A stretch of DNA of 46,936 bases from assembly GCA_020697475.1 (NCBI GenBank), contig JAJFMO010000001.1, positions 1 through 46,936 on the forward strand, in the 5' to 3' direction. Made by a program: the position numbers and the translations under genes. This DNA is from Paenibacillaceae bacterium. GTDB lineage: Bacteria > Bacillota > Bacilli > Paenibacillales > NBRC-103111. This document shows positions 1 to 9,572 of this stretch, in pieces. The notes under the pieces were generated by a model. That model saw only the letters and a list, made by a program, of their open reading frames with translations, had not been told where the DNA came from and did no database searches. Within the stretch, counting starts at the first letter, position 1. Each line of letters opens with the position of its first letter.

Positions 1-1
1 G

Positions 2-583
2 ATCGCCAACGCAAGGCAAATCAACATGCCGAACGAGAACATCGAGCGGGCGCTCAAGAAGGCGGCCGGCGACTCGGACAACGTCGATTATGAGGAGATC
101 ATCTATGAAGGGTACGGACCTGGCGGGGTGGCGATCATGGTTCGCTGCCTGACGGACAATCGCAACCGCACCGCAGCGGATGTTCGCTCGATCTTTAATA
201 AGCGCGGGGGCAATATGGGCGAGACCGGCTGTGTCTCCTATATGTTCGACGAGAAAGGCGTGCTCACGATCGACCGCGAAGAACGGGACATCGACGAGGA
301 TGAATTCATGATGCAAGCGCTCGAAGCGGGGGCGGAGGACATCGCCGTAAGCGAGAGCGAGTTCGAGATTACGACCCACCCGCATGATTTCGAGAAAGTG
401 AAAAACTCGCTTGAGGCGGACGGATACGAGTTCTCCGGCGCTTCGGTTCGCTATATCCCACAAAACACGGTCGTGGTGGAAGGGGAAAATGAAGAAAAGC
501 TGCTGCGTATGATGGACGCCTTCGACGACAACGACGACGTCCAGGATGTTTATGCCAATTTCGAAACGGTCGGCGAAGATTAA
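2..583 (+). CDS. yebC: YebC/PmpR family protein (5' end truncated by the window edge)
   Basis: Motifs MPNENIERA, YEGYGPGGVA, TDNRNRT, DDVQDVYAN; frame is open back to position 2. Confidence 0.93.
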   Translation: MANARQINMPNENIERALKKAAGDSDNVDYEEIIYEGYGPGGVAIMVRCLTDNRNRTAADVRSIFNKRGGNMGETGCVSYMFDEKGVLTIDREERDIDEDEFMMQALEAGAEDIAVSESEFEITTHPHDFEKVKNSLEADGYEFSGASVRYIPQNTVVVEGENEEKLLRMMDAFDDNDDVQDVYANFETVGED

Positions 584-586
584 CTC

Positions 587-1234
587 CTAGTCAACGATTT
601 CAAGGATTTCGTCGATTTCTTTGCGGCCAAGCTTCGACGGCGTGTCGGCAGGATATCCAAGCGCAATCACCATGTTGATTTGGCATTCGTCGGGAATGTT
701 CAAATAGTTGCGCAGTTCGTTCTGTGCCAGCAGTACCGGCCCGGTCATCGGGCATGTGGCTAGTCCTTTGGCGTGGGCGGCCAGCATCAAGTTCATCGAG
801 GCCAAGCAACTGCTCTTGATTCCTTCTTCTTCCCAGATCGCCTTGTCCGCGAAACCGATCGGGTCGAATATTTTCTCGCGAAACTTGGATTGATACGGCG
901 TGGCCAGGCAAACGATCAGTACCGGGGCATCGGCAAAGGCGGTTGCATAAGGTCCGAAGGAACGGGTTAACAGCTTCGCTTCGCGGCCGAGGCCTTCGGT
1001 TTCCGCCCGCGCGGCGACTCTGTGCAGACAATCCCAAGTCATCGCCTCGATTTGTTTGATCTTCTCGGCATTCATCACGGCAATGAATTTCCATGTCTGC
1101 GAGTTCGTATCGCTCGGCGCGTAGCGTGCGCAATCAATTAGATCGCGTACGTCATCGTGGCTTACCGGCCGGTCAGCATAACGCCGAATGCTTCGGCGAG
1201 ATTTCAAAATTTGCTTAAACTGCTCGTATTCCAT
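587..1234 (-). CDS. Nitroreductase family protein
   Basis: SRRSIRRY, APS..NSQTWKF, NLMLAAHAKGLATC, ALGYP; GGAAAGAGGA RBS before ATG at 1234. Confidence 0.88.
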   Translation of the reverse strand: MEYEQFKQILKSRRSIRRYADRPVSHDDVRDLIDCARYAPSDTNSQTWKFIAVMNAEKIKQIEAMTWDCLHRVAARAETEGLGREAKLLTRSFGPYATAFADAPVLIVCLATPYQSKFREKIFDPIGFADKAIWEEEGIKSSCLASMNLMLAAHAKGLATCPMTGPVLLAQNELRNYLNIPDECQINMVIALGYPADTPSKLGRKEIDEILEIVD

Positions 1235-1262
1235 GATCAAATCCTCTTTCCTTATTTGAGTC

Positions 1263-1325
1263 AAGTTCGGGGTCCCCGTAAAGTACCTGAATCAGCTTCG
1301 AAGTATAGCCCCACTTTATGGGGTT
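1263..1325. repeat. Dispersed ~65-bp stem-loop repeat, copy 1
   Basis: AAGTTCGGGGTCCCCGTAAAGTACCTGAATCAGCTTCGAAG...CCCCACTTTATGGGGTT closely matches 39442-39505. Confidence 0.85.
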
Positions 1326-1402
1326 CTTTAGTACTAGATTCTAATGGCTCATCCTAAATTTACGCTAGACTGCGGCCTTTTATACGAACCTATACTTATT
1401 AC

Positions 1403-1442
1403 AAACCGCTTCCGTGCCCGAATCCGGGCATGGAAGCGGTTT
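1403..1442 (-). terminator. Intrinsic terminator after the Gfo/Idh/MocA gene
   Basis: AAACCGCTTCCGTGCCCG-AATC-CGGGCATGGAAGCGGTTT near-perfect stem. Confidence 0.75.
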
Positions 1443-1468
1443 GGTTTGCTATTAAGTCCGATTGCAGC

Positions 1469-2530
1469 TTAGAAATTCCAGTCCAGCTTGATTTCGTTGC
1501 CGGTGCGGGACGATTCGTATATCGCTTCAAGAATCAGGTTGTTCGTATAGCCGGTCAATGCCGAAGAAATCGGCTGCTTGCCCTCGTTGACACATTCCAC
1601 GAAATGCTTGTACATCCTCGTTCTCGATCCTTCGTCGCCTTCCTTCTCGAACTTTAGATCGACATCGAGTGTCGTGTTGAACTGCTCTGTCATCAGCTTC
1701 GCGTTGTTGCCACGGATCGAGGCGCCGCCATCGCTCCCCATCAATTGGATATACGGGTTGTTATTATCTGTATGAACAGCCCAGCTGACATCGAGCGTGA
1801 GAGTAGCGCCGTTGTCCATCTTGATCAACGCTGTGGCTAAATCTTCGACGTCGTAGTATCCGTTCCAGTCGGGTGTGCCCCAGCTGCCGATGCCCCGCTT
1901 CTTTGGGCCGAATTCTGCGTACGTGGCGCCAAATACGGATACGGGCTTCGGGTTGCCCATCAAGAAAAGTGTCAGGTCGAGCATGTGCACTCCGATATCG
2001 ATCAGCGGGCCACCGCCGGATTCGGACATCCGGGTGAACCAAGTACCCCAGCCGGGTATGCCTTTGCGCCGGAACCAGCCGGTCTTGGCGTGATAAATAT
2101 TGCCTAGCGAGCCGCGCTCCACATGTTCTTTCACTTGCAAATTCAAGCTCTCCCAACGACGTTGCTGGGTGACGAGCAGCGTCTTGCCGCTATCGCGTTG
2201 AGCGAGCAAAATTTCTTTGGCCGCGGAGGCATTGATCGCCATCGGTTTTTCCACCATGACGTGCTTGCCGGCTTTGAGTGCGGAAATGGCCAGCGGGGCG
2301 TGAAATTTATTCGGAACGCCAATGACAACAGCGTCGATGGCGGGATCGCCCAACAATTCATCAACGCTTTCGTATACGCGGGGGATGTGAAATTCTTCGG
2401 CTCGCTGCTGAGCGGCGGCTAAGAATACGTCCGTAATTGCGGCAACCTCAAACTCCGGCATCACCGTCAAGGTGCCAAGGTGCGATTTGGAAATGTTGCC
2501 GGCGCCTATCATTCCGATTCGAATAGCCAT
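1469..2530 (-). CDS. Gfo/Idh/MocA family oxidoreductase
   Basis: IGAGNI Rossmann motif, GKHVMVEKPMA, GGGPLIDIGVHMLD. Confidence 0.92.
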   Translation of the reverse strand: MAIRIGMIGAGNISKSHLGTLTVMPEFEVAAITDVFLAAAQQRAEEFHIPRVYESVDELLGDPAIDAVVIGVPNKFHAPLAISALKAGKHVMVEKPMAINASAAKEILLAQRDSGKTLLVTQQRRWESLNLQVKEHVERGSLGNIYHAKTGWFRRKGIPGWGTWFTRMSESGGGPLIDIGVHMLDLTLFLMGNPKPVSVFGATYAEFGPKKRGIGSWGTPDWNGYYDVEDLATALIKMDNGATLTLDVSWAVHTDNNNPYIQLMGSDGGASIRGNNAKLMTEQFNTTLDVDLKFEKEGDEGSRTRMYKHFVECVNEGKQPISSALTGYTNNLILEAIYESSRTGNEIKLDWNF

Positions 2531-2672
2531 AATGCGGTAAACCCTCCTGTAAGTAGAAATAATATGAACTCAGCCAGTCAAGACTCAACTTGCCTAGTAT
2601 AGCCTACAATCGAACGAAAGTGAAGATGCGGTTTAATGAGGCGCAAACCTAGGCGGATCAAGTAAAAAACAT

Positions 2673-2701
2673 TTCACAATTGAAAAAATTACTATTATAA
2701 T
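2673..2701 (+). promoter_or_regulatory. SigA-type promoter for the small ORF
   Basis: TTCACA-17 bp-TATAAT. Confidence 0.65.
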
Positions 2702-2738
2702 ATAGTCGAATAGTACTAGTGAAATTGGGGTGAAAACG

Positions 2739-2885
2739 ATGTTTCTGTGGAATTTAGTATGCTTCAAGTACCATGAATGGTTGTCTTCCCTGTTTCGAAT
2801 CGATGGAGCGTTCCAAACTTCCAGATTCATCCATCATCGCAACAAGGTTCATTATTATCGAAGGAAGCTGAATAAGGGGGCATAG
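2739..2885 (+). CDS. Small hypothetical protein, 48 aa (MFLWNLVCFKYHEWLSSLFRIDGAFQTSRFIHHRNKVHYYRRKLNKGA)
   Basis: GGGGTGA RBS, upstream promoter and downstream hairpin; below the ORF-track length cut-off. Confidence 0.6.
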   Translation: MFLWNLVCFKYHEWLSSLFRIDGAFQTSRFIHHRNKVHYYRRKLNKGA

Positions 2886-2943
2886 CCGGGTACATCCCCG
2901 GTTAACAAACCATTAGAGTCTTTAGATCGCAATTCGCTTAAAG

Positions 2944-2983
2944 TGCCAACAAGCCGTCCGGGTTCCCGGACGGCTTGTTGGCA
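2944..2983. terminator. Strong hairpin between convergent genes
   Basis: TGCCAACAAGCCGTCCGGG-TT-CCCGGACGGCTTGTTGGCA perfect inverted repeat. Confidence 0.75.
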
Positions 2984-3101
2984 ATGGGATACGACTATTT
3001 GAGAACGTTCGGGAGATTTGAACTAACAGGCGACACAGGCCGAATTACACGCGTCGTAGTTCGAATGGATCGAGTAGTTCGATATATCGGAGCACATCTG
3101 C

Positions 3102-4310
3102 TCACAGTGACTCTCCGCCGCGCGTTGCGGAGTCCCGCTTAGCCGCCGGATCGCGAAAGCGCATGAGCGTGAACGCCGCCAAGGCAACGGCGGCCAAGAC
3201 GGAAGCGGCGACGAAGACGCTCCGGCCTCCCTGTTGCTCGAACAGCAGACCGCCGGCGGCGCCGCTGAGCATCCCGCCGAGGCTGCTCCACACGACGGCG
3301 AATGCCGCCTGCCCTGTGGCGCGGAAGCGGTCCGGCACCAACTGTTGGAAGTAACGAATGGCAGCCAGATAGAATACTCCGAAGGAAACGCTGTTCAACG
3401 CCTGCACCGGCAATACCCACGCAGGATCGGATATTGTAGCCATGATCGCATTTCTTAAGACATAAACGGCGCTGGCGAAGGAGAGCAGAGTCAAAGCCGA
3501 GAACCGCTCGCCATAACGGTGGAACAAATAGAAGATTGGAATTTCACCCAAGGCGGATATCGTCCAGCTCAGCCCGATCATTGACTCGTTCGCGCCAAGC
3601 CCCCGCAAGTACAAAGCCAGGAAGACATCGTTCATTCGATGGGCTACGGAGATGATCAGCAGAGCGGAGAAGAAGAAGGCGGCCTGCCTTGAAAAAATCA
3701 TTCGCCATGCATCGGACAGCTTTCCCTTACTTGCTCGGCTTTTCCGCAACCCAGCTTGCACATCAGGAAGCGTGAACGTCAACAGCAAGCTCACGCCAAC
3801 GGTGGCGATGGGCAGATAGACAGCCGCTCCGGCGCCATTTACCTGAAGCACATAGCCGAACACGAGCGAAGAGAAGGCGAAGCCGAGCGACCCGTACACG
3901 CGGAAGGATGCGTAGCTTCGACCTGTCCCTTTGAGGGTAAGCAAAGTGAGGGAGTCGTTCAGCGAGCTTGTCGGCGTCTGAAAGAAGAAAAATACCGTCA
4001 TGAGCGCCAACAAGACGGGATAGGCTTGACTTGCAAACAAGCACAAAACACAGAGAAACTGCCCGACAAAGACGATATTAAGCGCCAGCTTGACGGCTTG
4101 CAAACGGTCGCTGGCGACACCCCAAAAGACGTTGGCGACAAGCCCGATCAGCGGCCCCATCGCGTAGATGGAGCCGATCTGCAGTTTATTCAGTCCCAGC
4201 GAATCGAAATACAGCGGCAAGCAAGTGACCAGAACGGCGCTCGTCATATAGTAGGCGAACGTAAAAGCTCGCTGCTTGGCCGCTGCGGGAATCAAAGTGG
4301 TCACTTCCAA
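3102..4310 (-). CDS. MFS transporter
   Basis: Many hydrophobic segments, WGVASDR motif A, YASFRVYGSLGF; GGGAGG RBS and TTG start. Confidence 0.88.
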   Translation of the reverse strand: MEVTTLIPAAAKQRAFTFAYYMTSAVLVTCLPLYFDSLGLNKLQIGSIYAMGPLIGLVANVFWGVASDRLQAVKLALNIVFVGQFLCVLCLFASQAYPVLLALMTVFFFFQTPTSSLNDSLTLLTLKGTGRSYASFRVYGSLGFAFSSLVFGYVLQVNGAGAAVYLPIATVGVSLLLTFTLPDVQAGLRKSRASKGKLSDAWRMIFSRQAAFFFSALLIISVAHRMNDVFLALYLRGLGANESMIGLSWTISALGEIPIFYLFHRYGERFSALTLLSFASAVYVLRNAIMATISDPAWVLPVQALNSVSFGVFYLAAIRYFQQLVPDRFRATGQAAFAVVWSSLGGMLSGAAGGLLFEQQGGRSVFVAASVLAAVALAAFTLMRFRDPAAKRDSATRGGESL

Positions 4311-4329
4311 TCGCCTCCCTTCCTCACCT

Positions 4330-5633
4330 CTAAGCAGACAGAGTGTTCGGAGCGCGCAGTCGATGGCGCGTCAATCCGCGCAGAGCCAACGTCACGACGA
4401 CGAGCTCCGCCGCGCATCCCAATGACTGTGCCCACGCGCCGATCGTGCCGTTCAGCCCCGGGGCAAAGAAGATCAGAACGACTAAAACAACCAACGTCGT
4501 TGCAAGGTTGCAGGATTGCGACAAGATCATATACTTCGTCTGGTTGAATAACATAATGAGACCGTTGCAATAATCAAGCCAAGGGAAAATCAGGTTCATG
4601 ATCATGAACACGTGCATCGCCCCGAGAATTCCCCTCAACAGTTCCGAATTCGCTTGAATACCCATCAGATGAACGAGGAACCACGCCCCGAACGGCGTAT
4701 AACACATCAAACCAATCATAGCTCCGGGGAAAAAAGCAACAGCGAGTGTAAATTTACGGACCAACACTCGATCGATCCGATAGAAGTTCAGCACAATTTG
4801 GTGAATATAGGAGAAGAAGCTCTGCATCAACTGTGCGAGATTCGAAGCAATCGCGTAAGAGGAGATGGCCAGCATCATGTCTCCCGATTTGCCGAGGAAG
4901 GCGTTGATCGCCGGCCCGATGACGACGGCGATCAGCGAGGAGAAGACGAGCGGGCGGTAGAACTCGAATACTTGACCGGATCGTTCGATGTCGTGCCCGG
5001 GCTCCTTGGTCGGCAGCTTGTGCCGTACGAGATGCAGCCCTTCGACCATGCTGACTAGACATTCGATGATCATTCCGGTCAGAAAAATAATCGCTCCGAC
5101 ACTGCCGCTGTTGACTTGATCGGTCGCGAGAAAATACCAGGAAACAAGCGCCATTCCGACCAGCCGGAAGCCCATGCCGATCGTCAGCCATTTTGTGCGT
5201 AAATGATAGATGATCACCCCGTGATACAAGCAGCGGACGCCGGAGAAAAAACTGACGAACATCAGCACACGATACAGAATACGTGCAAAAACAACATTTT
5301 TCCAAGCGGGGTATAAGAAATCGTCAATCCGAACACGAGCAAGAAGGCGAATAAATATACGGCAACCGTGGACATCGCTTTGAACGACAGGCGGTCGCGA
5401 CCGAGCCGTGTACATGTTTGCCTCAGCAGCGTGGTCGGCCGTTCACCGAGAGACATCAAACTCATTGCGACGGAGTAGCTGGCGACCAGCAGCTCGGGCT
5501 GCGACGACCGAGCCAGTGTGCTGTTAATGATGATATGGGAGATCATAACCAGACTGGCGGAGGCGCCAAGCGGCAAGAAGAAGACCAACAGCTTGCGAAA
5601 TCCTAGCGGTTCAGTGCGGTGCGTAGTCGACAT
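4330..5633 (-). pseudogene. MATE/MOP-like membrane transporter, frameshifted near 5276 (apparent internal deletion)
   Basis: N-terminal part (FFLPLGASASLV...YTPLG) in one frame; remainder (YRVLMFVSFFSGVRCLYHG...) continues in another. Confidence 0.75.
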
Positions 5634-5822
5634 TCGAAGCATTCCCTTTGCTGCAACCAAATAAGTTCAAGTATAATAGGAACATCATACACCAATTTCA
5701 GGCTTGGCGCTATTTCAAGAAGATGGCAGGAAAGCATCGCGAGCTTTTCAATACTTGCGATTCTCGTATATAATGAGGGTTGCCAATCGCTTAAGCTTGG
5801 GCCGATAAAGGGGAGTCGATTG

Positions 5823-6422
5823 ATGAATGAACTGAACGCTGTCGCGAATAAATTGTACGGGTACGAGCCGCAGTTGTACCCTGAAGATGTGTGGGATGAG
5901 AACCTGCAAATTCGGATCGGCAGGCTTAAAGTTCCCGGCGAGCCGTTCCCCGGCGACAAACAACCTTATGCGCTTGCCCTGAAAGCGGGGTTGCTGTTAT
6001 GGGACGAAGCGCTTGACGCTTCGCACACGATTTCCCAGAACGTGCACAATCGCACGGGAAGTTATTGGCATGGGCTTATGCATCGGATGGAGGGAGACTA
6101 TAGCAACGCCAAATATTGGTTTCGCGAAACGGGCAGCCACCCGATCTTTGCCGATCTCGGCGCCAAAGCGGCAGAGTATTTGAAGCGAATGGAACCGGGA
6201 CAAATCCCTGCGCCGCTTGCTTCTGCTCTGCGTGCGTTGACCGGAAGTGGCGCTTGGAAGCCCGACACGATGATCGATTGCGTGGAATTGCAGGTGACCC
6301 GGCTGCATGATGATGCAGCTGAAGCGCTCCTGCGCAAGCTGCAGTGGATAGAATTTTCCGCGCTTATGAATTATACTTACGATGGTTGTTGCGGAGGCCG
6401 GCTGTTCGATGATGTTGGATAA
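5823..6422 (+). CDS. Conserved hypothetical protein (SHTISQ / YWHGLMHRMEGDYSNAKYWF motif)
   Basis: GGGGAG RBS, conserved-looking His/Trp motif, overlaps start of the next gene. Confidence 0.8.
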   Translation: MNELNAVANKLYGYEPQLYPEDVWDENLQIRIGRLKVPGEPFPGDKQPYALALKAGLLLWDEALDASHTISQNVHNRTGSYWHGLMHRMEGDYSNAKYWFRETGSHPIFADLGAKAAEYLKRMEPGQIPAPLASALRALTGSGAWKPDTMIDCVELQVTRLHDDAAEALLRKLQWIEFSALMNYTYDGCCGGRLFDDVG

Positions 6423-7491
6423 AGCAAGCCCTGGAGCGCTCGTCCCGCACAATCCTCTGCAGCTGATGAGTCGGATATACAAATATGTGTTGCCCGACGT
6501 GAGACGTGAGCTGGCGTTCTGGCGGGAGAAAGCGTCTGCGATTCCCGACCCGGAACTGCGTAAGCAAGCGATCGCCTCGATGACGTCCAAGCAGTTCCAT
6601 TGCGAAGGGGGCGCCGTCTATGCGGCGGCCAACTTGCCGGCACGTCATGTGCTGATCCCGCTTATTGTCGCCTTCCAGACGATTAGCGATTATTTGGATA
6701 ATTTGTGCGACCGCAGCACATCGCTCGATCCGCAAGATTTTCGCCGGCTGCATCAATCGATGCTCGACGCCGTCGATCCTACAGCAACGCCGGGAGAATA
6801 TTATGCCTTTCGCTCCGAACAAGACGACGGGCAATATTTACTCGACCTTGTCCGCACTTGCCAAGCTTGCATTCGCCAGTTGCCCTCCTATGCCCAAGTA
6901 GTTCCGCAAGTTCGGGTTTGGGTCGGATTATACGGCGACTTGCAGGTGTTCAAGCATATCCGTCTCGATTTGCGAGAACCTTCCCTGCTGCAGTGGTGGG
7001 ACCGGCACAAAGCGGATTACGGAGATGTATACTGGAACGAATTCGCTGCCGCCACCGGCTCGACGCTTGGAGTGTTCGCATTGTTCCTCGCCGCCACACA
7101 ATCCTCTCTGCCGACTCAAACCGAACAACGAATCGCCAAGGCGTATTTCCCCTATGTATGCGGACTGCATATTTTGCTCGATTACTTGATCGATCAGGAA
7201 GAGGACAGGTTGGGCGGGGATTTGAACTTCTGTTTTTACTATGACAATCCCGATTCGGCGTTCGATCGCATCGCTTATGTAGCGGAGCAAGCGCGTCGGT
7301 CGGTGGAGCCGCTGGAGAATGCCTCGTTCCATCGGATGATTATCGAGGGACTGCTGGCGTTGTACTTGTCCGACCCGAAGGTGAGGAATCAACGCGAAGT
7401 GCGCGGCGTATCGCGCAAACTGATGAAGAACAGCCCGCTCACGAGGTTGTTTTTCTGGATTAACAGTGTGTGGATTCGCAAAGCTTTTTGA
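6409..7491 (+). CDS. ytpB: Tetraprenyl-beta-curcumene synthase family protein (DUF2600)
   Basis: KQFHCEGG, QTISDYLDNLCDRS, EFAAATGSTLG, LHILLDYLIDQEED. Confidence 0.9.
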   Translation: MMLDKASPGALVPHNPLQLMSRIYKYVLPDVRRELAFWREKASAIPDPELRKQAIASMTSKQFHCEGGAVYAAANLPARHVLIPLIVAFQTISDYLDNLCDRSTSLDPQDFRRLHQSMLDAVDPTATPGEYYAFRSEQDDGQYLLDLVRTCQACIRQLPSYAQVVPQVRVWVGLYGDLQVFKHIRLDLREPSLLQWWDRHKADYGDVYWNEFAAATGSTLGVFALFLAATQSSLPTQTEQRIAKAYFPYVCGLHILLDYLIDQEEDRLGGDLNFCFYYDNPDSAFDRIAYVAEQARRSVEPLENASFHRMIIEGLLALYLSDPKVRNQREVRGVSRKLMKNSPLTRLFFWINSVWIRKAF

Positions 7492-7523
7492 CATTTTTAT
7501 ATAACAATAGGAGTGGGTTTACG

Positions 7524-8489
7524 ATGTCTATCGGTTCGATCGCCGTTCTGACGAGTGGCGGAGATTCGCAAGGAATGAACGCCGCAGTGCGTGCTGTAGT
7601 GCGCAGCGCCCTGTTTCATGGACTGGAAGTGTTCGCGGTACAACGCGGCTACTATGGATTAATCAACGACGATATTCGCGCGATGGATTTGCGCAGTGTC
7701 GGCGACATTATTCAACGCGGCGGTACGGTGCTGCAGACTGCCCGTTGTTTGGAGTTTCACGAGCGGGAGGGGCAAGAGAAAGCGGCGGCCAATTTACGCA
7801 AGCGCGGAATTGACGGTCTTGTCGTCATCGGCGGGGACGGCTCGTATCAAGGGGCCAACAAGCTCGATAAGCTCGGAATTCGTACGATGGGCTTGCCGGG
7901 GACGATCGACAACGACATTCCCTTTACGGACGTTACGATCGGTTTCGATACGGCAGTGAGCATCGTTGTCGATGCGGTCAACAAGCTGAGGGATACGATG
8001 ACTTCCCATGAGCGATCTTCCGTCGTTGAAGTGATGGGCCGCCATTGCGGCGATATCGCGCTGAACGCCGGGGTGGCGAGCGGTGCGGAAACGATTCTCG
8101 TCCCGGAAGTGCCGTTCGATCTCGACGAGGTTGCGTCACGGATGAAAGTGAATTTCGACCACGGCAAACGGCACAGCATTATTCTGGTCGCCGAAGGAGT
8201 CGGACACGGGCAGACGATTTCCGAAGAAATTTACCGACGCAACGGGATTGAGCCGCGGGTTACGGTGCTCGGACATATTCAGCGTGGCGGAACGCCGACA
8301 CACAACGACCGGATATTGGCCAGCCGGCTTGGCGACTTTGCGGTGCGCTGCCTGATCGACGGGGCTTCGGGGAAAGCGTGCGGGGTAATCAAGAACGAGT
8401 TGGTCGCCACAGACTTTGACAAAGTCGTCGGTACGAAGAAGCCGTTCAATATGGATCTTTACAACTTGGCGCTCAGGTTGTCCCAGTAA
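7524..8489 (+). CDS. pfkA: ATP-dependent 6-phosphofructokinase
   Basis: LTSGGDSQGMNAA, IGGDGS, PGTIDND, EVMGR, LGHIQRGG; AGGAG RBS. Confidence 0.97.
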   Translation: MSIGSIAVLTSGGDSQGMNAAVRAVVRSALFHGLEVFAVQRGYYGLINDDIRAMDLRSVGDIIQRGGTVLQTARCLEFHEREGQEKAAANLRKRGIDGLVVIGGDGSYQGANKLDKLGIRTMGLPGTIDNDIPFTDVTIGFDTAVSIVVDAVNKLRDTMTSHERSSVVEVMGRHCGDIALNAGVASGAETILVPEVPFDLDEVASRMKVNFDHGKRHSIILVAEGVGHGQTISEEIYRRNGIEPRVTVLGHIQRGGTPTHNDRILASRLGDFAVRCLIDGASGKACGVIKNELVATDFDKVVGTKKPFNMDLYNLALRLSQ

Positions 8490-8553
8490 GACGGGACTTC
8501 CCCCTGCGGGGGGGGAGCGAGTCTCGAATTCCGAATATCCTATCGCTCCGCAT

Positions 8554-8587
8554 AAAAAAACGCCTTCATTGAATGAAGGCGTCTTTC
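8554..8587. terminator. Bidirectional terminator overlapping the stop codon of the small convergent gene
   Basis: AAAAAAACGCCTTCATT-G-AATGAAGGCGTCTTT. Confidence 0.7.
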
Positions 8588-8817
8588 TGATATTCAGAAA
8601 TGCTGTGTTGGACAATCTCCAGTACATCCTCCGTGACCAGCGCATCCATGCCGTTGCGCAGCACGATCTCGCAATTCAGTTCGTCTTCCCGGAGGAACGG
8701 GTAAAGCTCGGGCGTTAATTCCATTACAATCCTGGACAGTTTCACGGCTTCCACAAGCACCACCCTTTCAATCGGATTAGGATCAAAGGAAAGACTTACA
8801 GAATTCTCAAGATGCAA
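8566..8817 (-). CDS. Small hypothetical protein
   Basis: 83-aa acidic ORF filling the gap between pfkA and the DUF4178-like gene; start uncertain. Confidence 0.6.
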   Translation of the reverse strand: MHLENSVSLSFDPNPIERVVLVEAVKLSRIVMELTPELYPFLREDELNCEIVLRNGMDALVTEDVLEIVQHSISEYQKDAFIQ

Positions 8818-8891
8818 TTACCAGAAATGATATGAAATTACTTTCCCATTATACCATATTCCTTGTTAGATTGCACTGGTAGGTGTACCCG

Positions 8892-9422
8892 TCAACCGGA
8901 TTTCATAAATTTGATGTCGGCATTGCTGGCGCGTTCTCCTTGCAAGGCAACGAATTTGCCGTCTTGCCATTGCAGATAGAAGCTGTTGTCGCCGTCCCCG
9001 AAATATTTCCAAACGATCACTTCATCTCCGCTGCGAAAGTCAGTATTCCCTTCCGTTCGGGTCAGATCGTAACGTTGATGTTCCAAGTCGTAACCGGTCG
9101 AGCCGTTGATCTCCAGATGGGTTGGGACATCGTCCGGCGTATCCAGTCCCCCCTCCAGAAAGGTGCAATGGAAGCACTCGTATACTCTTCCTTTTTCCAC
9201 AATCAGACATGAGATTTCTGCGCCGTCCTGCAAATAATACGCATAACGATGCGGCGGATAGCCCCGGTCGAAATAAACCACTTTGCCCGAAACGACATAT
9301 TCGTTCAATCCGACGGCGACGATATCCCCGACCTTCGTTTCTTCGTAAGGATTGATCGACGTCCGGGGCGGTTCTGGGCGGTTGCTGCGCACGATTTCGC
9401 CGATTCGTCTAAATATCGACAT
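8892..9422 (-). CDS. DUF4178-like protein
   Basis: MSIFRRIG start with AAGGAG RBS; KVGDIV..YVVSGKV and LQWQDG pattern. Confidence 0.7.
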   Translation of the reverse strand: MSIFRRIGEIVRSNRPEPPRTSINPYEETKVGDIVAVGLNEYVVSGKVVYFDRGYPPHRYAYYLQDGAEISCLIVEKGRVYECFHCTFLEGGLDTPDDVPTHLEINGSTGYDLEHQRYDLTRTEGNTDFRSGDEVIVWKYFGDGDNSFYLQWQDGKFVALQGERASNADIKFMKSG

Positions 9423-9500
9423 GTTCCACACTCCTTGCATTGCGTTTGTTTAATACTTATACGATAAGGGAAGCCATCCGTTTCGGCAAGCGAGCGTCAC

Positions 9501-9530
9501 TTGCCCCCTGCAGAGGATATTTGTTATAAT
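9501..9530 (+). promoter_or_regulatory. SigA promoter (extended -10) for cshA
   Basis: TTGCCC-18 bp-TATAAT with TG extension. Confidence 0.55.
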
Positions 9531-9572
9531 ACGAAAGATATTTTGATGGGCAAAGAAGGAGATTGAATACAT

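Noticed and set aside
2633..2830. 65-aa ORF on the minus strand
   Set aside because: No clear RBS; the plus-strand 48-aa ORF has promoter, RBS and terminator support
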